Below, piece by piece: positions 53,860 through 64,000 of a stretch of DNA of 64,000 nucleotides. Positions within the stretch are counted from its first letter, which is position 1, and every line of letters begins with the position of its first letter. Location: NCBI GenBank assembly GCA_964016885.1, contig OZ024752.1:5952001-6016000 (forward strand), given 5' to 3'. The stretch is from Eledone cirrhosa. Lineage: Eukaryota. Both the position numbers and the translations under genes were made by a program. The notes beneath the pieces are model-generated. The model saw only the letters and a list, made by a program, of their open reading frames with translations. It was not told where the DNA came from and ran no database searches.

Positions 53860-54783
53860 TTTACATTACTCTATATATACTATGGTATTTTCACAGTAAA
53901 GGCTTTACCTCACATAATATCTTGCATAGCATTTACATTACTCTATATATACTATTGTATTTTCACAGTAAAGACTTTACCTCACATAATATCTCACATA
54001 ACATTTACATTACTCTATATATACTATTGTATTTTCACAGTAAAGGCTTTACCTCACATAATATCTCACATAACATTTACATTACTCTATATATACTATT
54101 GTATTTTCACAGTAAAGGCTTTACCTCACATAATATCTCACATAACATTTACATTACTCTATATATACTATTGTATTTTCACAGTAAAGGCTTTACCTCA
54201 CATAATATCTCACATAACATTTACATTACTCTATATATACTATTGTATTTTCACAGTAAAGGCTTTACCTCACATAATATCTCACATAACATTTACATTA
54301 CTCTATATATACTATTGTATTTTCACAGTAAAGGCTTTACCTCACATAATATCTCACATAACATTTACATTACTCTATATATACTATTGTATTTTCACAG
54401 TAAAGGCTTTACCTCACATAATATCTCACATAACATTTACATTACTCTATATATACTATTGTATTGTCACAGTAAAGGCTTTACCTCACATAATATCTTA
54501 CATAACATTTACATTACTCTATATATACTATTGTATTTTCACAGTAAAGACTTTACCTCACATACTATCTCACATAACATTTACATTACTCTATATATAC
54601 TATTGTATTTTCACAGTAAAGGCTTTATCTTACATAATATCTCACATAACATTTACATTACTCTATATATACTATTGTATTTTCACAGTAAAGGCTTTAC
54701 CTCACATAATATCTATATTACTCTATATTTACTATTGTATTTTCACGGTAAAGGCTTTATCTCATATAATATCTCACATAATA
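53860..54783. repeat. 60-bp minisatellite, ~15 copies, inside a TTAA-flanked MITE (53846-54925)
   Basis: Read directly; termini ttaacccttta / tgctaaaggtttaa. Confidence 0.9.
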
Positions 54784-55310
54784 TCGAATCTATGAGATTT
54801 TGATATTATTTATTTTGAGAACAATACCTTAACATCAGTATGAGTGGCCAGTTACAGCCAGTTTGAACAGAAAGAGGTGAGAGAATTCTGGCCGGATACA
54901 GCCGGTTTAAATGCTAAAGGTTTAATGTTTGGTTAATATAATTTCTCATTGGAAAATAAAATTACAGATCAAAAATTAAAAGTTTGAAATTTAAAAATTT
55001 AGACATCAGCCGATTGGTGATCAGTCAGTTGGTGATTAACAATTGAATGTTATTCAGGGAATAGATAGCTTATTGATTTGTTATGAAGCCAGACTAGAAA
55101 AAACTGGCATCTTAATTAAAATGACAGGTGAAATTTAAAGTATAGAACGTAATAATTAGATAATGATATAGTTGATATCCCAGTCGATCTGGTAGAGACA
55201 AATAAGAATACAGGTAGGAGGAAAACGTAAGAAAAAGTATAATGAAGAAAAGATAAAAGGAATTATAAAGAAAAAATAAAGGGAAAAAAAAATATATATA
55301 ACTTTGCTTC

Positions 55311-56915
55311 ATTTCGCAAATATCTTCAAAGAGGACGATGGCAGAGAACCTCCAAATCTAAACATGATCGCCCCAACCATGCAGCCAACCACCGTCAGAT
55401 TGGATGAGGTGGAAAAGTTGCTTTTGTCCTTAGATGTGAATAAGGGGCATGGTCCAGACGGTCTACATCCAGTGATTTAGGGTGCAATTGCACCCAACCT
55501 TGCTAAACCTCTAGCCACACTGTTTAACCTATCATTGGCTACTGGAGTTGTTCCTGACGACTGGAAAGTAGCTACAATTTGCCCTATCTTTAAAAAAGGC
55601 GACAAAGAAGACCCTGGGAACTACAGACCCGTGAGCCTCACCTCAATTGTCTGTAAAGCCTTGACATCTCTAATCAAGCGGGAAATTATGGCTTATCTTG
55701 CGTCTTTCACTGCCATCTCTCCATCTCAACATGGTTTCATCCCGAAATGTTCCTGTCTTACAAACCTACTCGTGATGGAAGAATGGGTGAGGAGAATAAT
55801 AGACGATGGAGATGCGGCCAATATTATCTTTCTCGACTTCGCCAAAACCTTTGACTCTGTCAACCACCGCCTGCTCCTGTATAAGCTCAGCAACTATGGT
55901 CTCCATGACTCGATTATAAGGTGGATTGGATCATTTCTTGAGGGTCGTACTTGCAGAGTTCGGATCAATGGCAGCCTGTCATCGGGGGTGGGTGTAGGCA
56001 GCGGCGTTCCCCAGGGCTCTGTGTTGGGCCAAATTCTCTTCCTTCTATACATCAACGACATACCGGACGTGATTGGTGGAAACATGCTCCTATTTGCAGA
56101 TGAAGTGAAAATGGTAGCCTGTAGGAGCGAGATCGACAATCTCACGTCCAGTCTCCAGCGCGCCTGGAGTTGGTCCATTGACTGGGATTTATACCTCAAT
56201 GTCGATAAGTGTTGCCATATGGCAGTGGGTACACCTTATAACTCAGCTCTTACCTTCAACGGTGGCACTGCTCTTTTGAAGGAGGTTGAGGAGACTAAAG
56301 ATCTTGGTCTGCTGGTCGACTCGTCCTTCAAACCATCAAAACATTGCATTCAAGCCGCAAACAAGGCAAGGAGCTCTTTTTTTCTTATTCGACGCTCCTT
56401 TGCCAAACTCACTCCAGAAAGTTTCAGGCCTTTCTATGTCGCCCTCGTGAGACTGCACCTAGAATATGGCATCCAAGCATCAAACCCATATCTCATCTGG
56501 GATATCCATCACTTGGAGAGAGTTCAACGACTAGCGACTCGAATGGTACAGGGTCTTCATGAGCTGCCCTACGAAAGCCGGCTGCAGAAGCTGAACCGCT
56601 TCTCCTTGGAGCCTCGATGGCTAAGAGGCGATCTCATTTTGGCTTACAATCTCTTCAATGGCCATTACGATCTCCCTCAAGATCTCCTATTCACTCCGGC
56701 ACTTGAAAGGGGTCTACGTGGACATGACAAAAAGCTGTTTCACCGCCGCTTTCGCCTAAATAGACGGAAAGCTGCTTTCTCGATCCGCATCTCTTGACCC
56801 TGGAGTCGGCTTCCAGAAGAAGTAGTCAACGCGTCAACCACGCAACAATTCAAGGCTAAATTGGACCGGTGTTGGACCACTGTGTAAATTTTCCCCCTCT
56901 CCCCTCCTTACATGG
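55311..56915 (+). mobile_element. 5'-truncated CR1/L2-group LINE RT, inactivated
   Basis: ORF 55535-56797 with PGNYRPVSLTS, QHGF, IFLDFAKTFDSV, SGVPQGSVLG, LFADE (catalytic DD altered), KDLG and LERVQRLATRMV; in-frame stops on both sides of the ORF. Confidence 0.92.
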
Positions 56916-56954
56916 CATCTGAAGCATCTATGTTTTATTTTCTGCCAAATATAT

Positions 56955-57260
56955 TGAATTGAATTTCTCTCCAGTCTTTGCACATCCTCTGCAATTGCTG
57001 CTCATGTCTCACTACCATGCAGCATCGCGCATCATACAACCGACCTTTCGTTGTCAACAGAGGAAGCAGCTCCCTAAACTTCTTCCATCCTGTCCTTATT
57101 CTAGATACTATGGCCTCGGAGCACCCTCCTCCCTTGCTAATCTGATCACCTAGGTACCGGGAGCTATCAACCACCTCTATAGATCCTACCTGTGTTTGAA
57201 AGATGTGCCTATTACTGACACTTCTATCAATTTTCCCTGAACATCTACCACATATGAAGT
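56955..57260 (-). mobile_element. RTE (BovB-like) LINE fragment
   Basis: RYLGDQISKGGGCSEAIVSRIRTGWKKFRELLPLL. Confidence 0.8.
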
Positions 57261-57449
57261 TTAATATATCATTGTCATATTGTTCTCTTCTGCAGTTTTT
57301 ATTAAGTTGAGGGTGAGAAATGACTTGGAAAGGTTGTCAGTATTAGTGAGGCTTAGCAATTGTAAGCAGCATTGAGGGTTGTTGTCGTTTGTTGATGATG
57401 TTTAGTAGGGAGGGCAGAATATTAAAATGTTTGTTTGTTTGTTATTCAG

Positions 57450-57634
57450 TTAATGAAGATTGTGTTTGATGAGGAAGTTAGTTCTGATGAAGTGGAGACC
57501 CTACGTAAACTATTACACAGGATGCGTAACCCAGCCAAAGTGTTTGACACTTTCACTTTCAACCAACAACACTCCTCAAATACTTTACAACCAACACCAC
57601 TTCACAAATCAAAGGAAAAAAGTTCCACTCTGAA
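57450..57634 (+). CDS. SBF2: Sbf exon S: LMKIVFDEEVSSDEVETLRKLLHRMRNPAKVFDTFTF...KEKSSTL
   Basis: ttattcag acceptor, gtaagt donor; FDEEV motif; ends in phase 2. Confidence 0.92.
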
Positions 57635-58039
57635 GTAAGTATTTACATATCACCTGATTCCCTAGACCTGTAGTTTGGGTGTTGAGCTCACAAGGTCATG
57701 GTTTTGATTCCCAGACCAGTTGGTGTATTGAGTACCTTCAGCAAGGTGCTTCCTGTCATGTTGCTCCAATTTATTTGTGACATTACTGGTGTCAAGCTGT
57801 ATCAGCATTTAACTTTTCCTTGGACAACATTGGTGGCGTGGCCATGCAGAGGCAATTGCTGGTCTTCCATAAAAACACCTTGGCCAAGCTTGCATCTTGG
57901 CGTAATCTTCCAGATGCAACCCATGATCAGTGATGACTGAAGAGGGCCTATTACTATATTACTGCTTTTGGTTATTGGTTAGTTAGTATATCAATGTGTT
58001 TCTTTAATAACTTGCTATATTGATATGTTATTTGTTCAG

Positions 58040-58257
58040 AGCGGAAGTAATGGAAAACAGTGGTGTGGATTTTAGACAGTTGGCCAAGAAAACCTTGATG
58101 AAGACAGTACGGAGGGCAGGCTTAAAACCTAAACAGTCATCACGGAAACAAAAATATATGTTACCAACTCCACCAACATCAAGACGAACCCTCTCGCCTA
58201 GGTCATCAGATAGTGAATCAGAGAGGCCCAGTAGTGAAATTTATGACGAATTATCCA
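58040..58257 (+). CDS. SBF2: Sbf exon T: AEVMENSGVDFRQLAKKTLMKTVRRAGLKPKQSSRKQKYMLPTPP...EIYDELS (alternative in-frame acceptor at 58076)
   Basis: tttgttcag acceptor in phase 2, A|gtaagt donor in phase 1; the start is ambiguous between 58040 and 58076. Confidence 0.8.
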
Positions 58258-58699
58258 GTAAGTATACACATATATATTCTAATTAACTCTGTTATATCAT
58301 TAAGCAGTAGTTTAACGATCCTTGACTCTCTGATAATAGTGATGAACTTTGACAGTTAGAACACTTAGCAGTATATATTTCACTAGAAGTTGTTCTACAG
58401 AGATGTTATCAACTCTTAATGTCCTGTACTGCATGAAACCACATTAACAAGATATTCTTGATATAAAACAGTTCTATGTCTGCATCACATTAAACATCTT
58501 CACTCTATTACTGCACATTTTTACAATGGTCTGTCCAGTAAATATACAACAAACATTTGAAACAGTAAAGTTGTTTTTAGACATTTTCTCCGAAATCATT
58601 ACAGGATGTTAAATGTTAATGTCCTGTACCACACAAAACCACATTAACAAGACATTCTTGAAAAGTACAAAATAGTATAATGATTATGTCACATAAAAA

Positions 58700-59082
58700 C
58701 TATGGTCATGAATCTTGAGTAATGACTGAAAAGGGGTTCCTTAAAAGGGTCTTTGGAGTAATGCTATTCGATAAAGTGCGTAGCTCGGAGACCAGAGAGT
58801 CACTCCAGGTACTACTGGAGCTGCTACTTCTCCGAATTGAAAGATCACAGCTTCGATACTATGGACCTGTGGTTAGAATGTTTCAGGAAAGAATTGTTGG
58901 ACAGATTTTACAGGCCAAGCCAATTGGCAGGAGACCCCGGAGTAGACCCTGAACAAGATGGTTGGATAACATCCTTGACCTCAGTTAGTCTCGCTTGGTG
59001 ATTCAACCAAATCAATTGGAGGGAGTGTTTGAAGACTCTGCCCCCATGGCCCTGCCAGAAATAAGTGGGTGAAGAAGAAGAC
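58700..59082 (+). mobile_element. Short 5'-truncated RTE-like LINE with (GAA)n tail and 15-bp TSD
   Basis: TSD tatgtcacataaaaa at 58685-58699 and 59083-59097; IERSQLRYYG and GRRPRSRP motifs. Confidence 0.88.
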
Positions 59083-59408
59083 TATGTCACATAAAAATTA
59101 GTCTTTATTACTGCAAATGTTCACAATGTCCACTAGTAATGATACTATAAACATTTGAATTACAGGATGTTAAGAGTTAAGCTTAATGTGTTGAAGTAAT
59201 TGTGTTGCTTCTGTGGCAACTGTTTCTGGTAGTCACTGGATCTTTGTTAATAGTTATTGCCATTCTGTCTGCTATTGTTGAAATATGTTATTGTCTGGTC
59301 AAGTGTTGTGGCATTGTCAGGTGTCTTGTTAGATCTTTCATGTCTTAGGAATCAAGAAATACCTGGGATTTGGAATAACACTGAGATAATGAGACATAAC
59401 TTATTGAA

Positions 59409-59887
59409 TTGTTACACAGGTGTGACAGGTAAGACACTGTCACAGTGTACCTTGTTACACAGGTGTGACAGGTAAGGTACTGTCACACCTTGTTACACAG
59501 GTGTGACAGGTAAGGTACTGTCACACCTTGTTATACAGGTATGACAGGTAAGACACTGTCGCAGTTTACCTTGTTACACAGGTGTGACAGGTAAGGTACT
59601 GTCACTGTGTACCTTGTTACACAGGTGTGACAGGTAAGGTACTGTCACAGTGTACCTTGTTACACAGGTGTGACAGGTAAGACACTCACAGTGTACCTTG
59701 TTACACAGGTGTGACAGGTAAGACACTCAGTGTACCTTGTTACACAGGTGTGACAGGTAAGACACTGTCACAGTGTACCTTGTTACATAGATGTTACTGG
59801 TAGGGTACTGTCACACGTATGTAACACGGTAAACTTTACCTTGTTACACAGGTGTGACAGGTAAAGCAGTGTCACAGTGTACCTTGT
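59409..59887 (+). repeat. 38-43-bp minisatellite, ~11 copies, mostly of the form acceptor / 9 nt / donor
   Basis: Unit gtgtaccttgttacacag|GTGTGACAG|gtaag(ac/gt)actgtcaca. Confidence 0.9.
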
Positions 59888-60429
59888 GGATCAATAAAGT
59901 ATTAGGAACTCGGTGCCATGAGTTAAATGACTGAAACCAGTAAAAAGAATTTAAAAAAAAAAAGTATTTCAATATAAAATATTGAGTTACATCCTGCTAC
60001 AAATATAGGTGTAAACCAACAAATGACTGCTAGATCTGTAAAACTCAATTATAAATATATGGTACATTGTAAATGGTGCATGTAAAATGTAGGTGTCACA
60101 TATACATGAGTGTGTTTGTACATATATATATATGTATATATATATGTATATATATATATATATATATATACATACACACACACACACACACTTATGTATG
60201 TCACGCCTTATCTAATGAAAATATGTAAAAAAACCCAGCATGACACGAACTGCGCTGGCTGCATTTTATCATAGCACCGCGAGACAATAGATATATTGAT
60301 ATATTGATTTGTTGGCCTTCTGCTAAGATATTACCTTTAATATTTTAACAGTTAATTTCAGTAGAAAATAATCTAATTTTCTTATTTATTCTACCATAAA
60401 ATATACACCAGTTAATGTATCTTTGTTTA

Positions 60430-60866
60430 ATATAATATAAATATGATACTATATATATATATATATATGTATATATATAATATGGTATAAATAAGATACA
60501 GTATACATATAATATAAATAAGATACTATATATATAATATAATATAAATAGATACAGTATATATATATATATATAATATAATCTAAATAAGATACTGTAT
60601 ATATAATCTAAATAAGATACTGTATATATAATCTAAATAAGATACTGTATATATAATCTAAATAAGATACTGTATATATAATCTAAATAAGATACTGTAT
60701 ATATAATCTAAATAAGATACTGTATATATAATATGAATAGATACAGTATATATATATAATCTAAATAAGATACTGTATATATAATATGAATAGATACTGT
60801 ATATATAATCTAAATAAGATACTGTATATATAATATGAATAGATACAGTATATATATAATCTAAAT
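60430..60866. repeat. AT-rich ~25-bp minisatellite
   Basis: ataatctaaataagatactgtatat. Confidence 0.88.
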
Positions 60867-60946
60867 GATGTATGGTTTATGTGTAGATTGGTGTGTGATC
60901 TCTGTGTGAGTTATTGATACTCAGTTTCTGCCCCCAACTCTTGCAG

Positions 60947-60982
60947 GTACCAAAAGTAATTATAGTGAAGGCTATCCATCTG
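60947..60982 (+). CDS. SBF2: Candidate 36-nt symmetric (phase 1-1) microexon: (S)TKSNYSEGYPS
   Basis: tttctgcccccaactcttgcag|G acceptor, TG|gtatgt donor; open in the frame left by exon T. Confidence 0.65.
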
Positions 60983-61711
60983 GTATGTAAGAGTGTTGCA
61001 CACAAAAACTCCCTCTTGCCTCTCTCTATTATTATTACTGGCTGTTGTATAATATCTTGTCTGTTATTATTATCAGTATTATTATTATCAAGGCAATTAA
61101 CTACACACACATACTCACACTTATACAAGTAAGCGCACTTGCTTCAGAATGGGTAATCATAAGTGGATACAACACACACACCCACAACTACACCCACGTC
61201 TCTGAAATACCCACAACTACACCCACGTCTCTGAAATACCCACAACTACACCCATGTCCCTCTGCAATCTGCTTCCAGGCAATTTCTTCTTCCAATCTAT
61301 TCCATGTTTTAACATATTTTTTATTTCCATCTTCTTTCTGTTTCTAATCATTTAGCATCTTTCATAAAATATAAAAATTATCGGTTTTATTTCTTGGAAA
61401 ACATCTTTTAGTTTTCTAATCGAAATTATTTTATCCTCTCCACTTTCTCTTAATGCTATTCATCTTTACAATGGTTAATAAAACCTGCAATATTGCTACA
61501 TTAATCGCTACATTAACACTTTCATGGCTATAATTCTCAGGAAATAAATAGACTCTATTTTAATTAATTAATGAAGAATTTTGAGTGATTTATTAAAAGT
61601 ATTAATTATTTTTTTTCATAATTACATAGTAACTTAACTCATGGTTCTTATTTATAATCATTTTGGAAGATTTTAATTTGAAAAATATGAATTTGTTATG
61701 CTTGGTAACTT

Positions 61712-61757
<46 letters not shown>

Positions 61758-63163
61758 CTGTTGTTATAATAATGTTGTGTCAGTTAACACTACATTAGCC
61801 ATACTGTTGGTTGATGTCTGAAACAGTGTATTATAGCTACTGATGCATACATTAAGACAGCTATTGCTTCACAGGTATGGCTACACAGCTATGGCTGAGA
61901 GGTTTGCAGCAATGAGGTTCACAGTTCAAGCCCACTGCATGTGAAAGTATATCATAGCCTTGTCAGTGAAAATGGAGAGATGGAAACTGTTTAGAAACTT
62001 ATCAGTGGACTGTACCTGTAATTCAAACATCCAAGACTTTGTCACATTGTGCTACCCTGATTCTACCTAAGGGTACACGTGTCTGTGGAATAGCCAGCTA
62101 TTTAAATTATAATACAAGATGTATTCTACCTGTAGTTAATATGTCTAGACTTGTCAACAAACTGCATCACAGTGATTCTCCCTGAGAAGTTGTATGTTAA
62201 GAGTACATATATCTTTGGAATACGCAGCCATTTCCACCATTTAACATGTAGGACTTACCTGTGACTGAAATTGGATTAATAGAAACTGTGTGGAAGGCTT
62301 CTAGATGGATTGTACCTGTAGATCAAGAGATCAGCTTGGTCACACAGTGTGTTATAACGAATCACCTTGAGAAGTTGTATGTATATATGTCTTAGGAATA
62401 CTCAGCCACTTACACATTCCATTTAATAAGTATGATACTCAGTTGACTGAACGACTGAATGCTCATTGTTAGAACCAATAAAGGATCTGTTACATACATT
62501 AAACTAAGACTTTCACCCATGGACCCCTCATTCATACATTGCCACCTAATTCATTTCTAGCATGTTCTATCTGGTTCTGCACCTACATTTTTGTATCATT
62601 TTAGTCCAAGTTGTCACCCCCTGCCCCTTCATTTGCACCATTTTCCTTTTCCTCCATCAGTGTCGGTGTCAAGTTCAATGTAGTTTTTATATTAAACAAT
62701 GGATATTTAACAGATATTGTTCATTATTATGACTGGATAAACCTGTTCATTTCTCTGTGTGTTTGTAACTGTGTCAGTGGATGGGTTATTTAATAAAACT
62801 ACTTCTCAAATCTCTACCACATCTCACCTATTATTCCATAGTTAACTTTCTCTAATGAAAGACACTGTCTGTGGTTTTCAAATAATTTTGAAAATAATCA
62901 AGAATTTGGAGAGAGATTTAGTAATATAACTTGGTTTCTCATTATTAAGATGGTTTTGGGTTTAGAACATATCAAAAGGTTCTTAGATAAAATTATGTTC
63001 AGTTCTAGTGATCTTGGTAGTCTACAAGGAAGACAGAACTCTATTGATAACAGAATATATATATATATATATATGTGTGTGTGGATTCCCGATGCATATC
63101 AGGAGGCGACCACAGTAAAAAGGGTACTCAATATGTTAGTAAAATATAGGCATATATATTTTA

Positions 63164-63280
63164 TTATAGAAATGACTTCTACAGGACTAGAACTGTTTTA
63201 TTCATAAGAAATTGTCTGGATTTCCCAGATGATTTCTTATAAATGAAACAATTCTAGTCCTGTAGAAGTCATTTCTATAA
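63164..63280. repeat. ~117-bp near-perfect inverted repeat (hairpin)
   Basis: ttatagaaatgacttctacaggactagaa ... ttctagtcctgtagaagtcatttctataa. Confidence 0.9.
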
Positions 63281-63286
63281 GATGTA

Positions 63287-63348
<62 letters not shown>

Positions 63349-63436
63349 AATTTATTCATTCATTTTCTTAGAACATACCAGCAATGTTGTAGCAAAAAAT
63401 AATTTGTTAGTTTGCTAAGCTTTTTTAGAGAAGCCC

Positions 63437-63491
<55 letters not shown>

Positions 63492-63847
63492 GTGCTTGGC
63501 AATCATATGAGAAAGTCTTTTGAAGTTGTTTTTGGCTAATTCTGCTAATATTTCTATACTCTACAAGCAAAAACTAGCTTATTGAGTCTATTGGCGTCCT
63601 GCTGCCCCCAATCTGGGGCTTTAATGTAGCTTCTGTAAGCTAAGCACCAATGTCTAAATGTTTTATGCTAGGCTTTATTCATTTGTTTCTTTGTTTTTTT
63701 GTCCTGCTGCTCCATAAAATAGATTTGTTCTTAACTCTATGTTGTGCCTTTTTCTTTCTTTTTAGTTACATTCATCATCATGTTGTTGTTATTGTTGTTG
63801 TTTAATGTTTATGATACAGCATATAAATTTTCTACATGGAGGTCACA

Positions 63848-64000
63848 TGTAGGATTGTGACATGAATGTAGGATTGTCATATTAATGTAGGATTGTCACA
63901 TTAACGTAGTATTGTCGCATTAATGTAGTATTGACATTAATGTAGTATTATGACATTAATGTAGTATTGTGACATTAATGTAGTATTGTGACATTAATGT
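63848..64000. repeat. ~19-bp minisatellite running off the end of the window
   Basis: atgtagtattgtgacatta. Confidence 0.88.

Larger units (their letters stand above)
5152..58257 (+). other. SBF2: Partial multi-exon gene: Sbf / myotubularin-related protein 13-like (DENN, SBF2 and GRAM domains); 5' and 3' ends outside the window
   Basis: 20 GT-AG exons join in frame. Peptides such as [90 protein letters not shown] and [14 protein letters not shown]...[19 protein letters not shown] are recognisable SBF1/SBF2 motifs. Invertebrates usually have a single Sbf, so the symbol means co-orthologue. Confidence 0.93.

Noticed and set aside
55535-56797. 420-aa RT ORF as an active or domesticated gene
   Set aside because: 5'-truncated, flanked by premature stops, catalytic ADD changed to ADE.
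62605-62680. Possible further Sbf exon after pyrimidine-rich AGs at 62604 and 62660
   Set aside because: No convincing donor and no recognisable Sbf peptide in the required phase.

Overview
AT-rich, repeat-dense eukaryotic DNA. The SINE/LINE/MITE content and style suggest a coleoid cephalopod such as octopus (inference, not proven). The whole window lies inside one large plus-strand gene, the invertebrate Sbf / SBF1-SBF2 (MTMR5/MTMR13) myotubularin-related pseudophosphatase and Rab-GEF. I trace 20 phase-consistent GT-AG exons from 5152 to 58257, covering the central/downstream DENN region, the SBF2 domain and the GRAM-PH region; both ends of the gene lie outside the window. Two more frame-preserving candidate exons are present: 216 nt at 32816 and 36 nt at 60947. 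The introns hold RTE, CR1-like, Hero-like and R4/Dong-like LINE remnants, a mariner relic, hAT and TTAA-type MITEs, tRNA-derived SINEs and about 20 unrelated minisatellite arrays. The most striking pattern is that several arrays are built from splice signals. A 10.9-kb array has about 260 copies of the gene's real 3' splice site. The same intron opens with an array of its own 5' splice site. A third array repeats an acceptor / 9-nt in-frame microexon / donor cassette. Almost all repeat-derived ORFs in the ORF track are artefacts.
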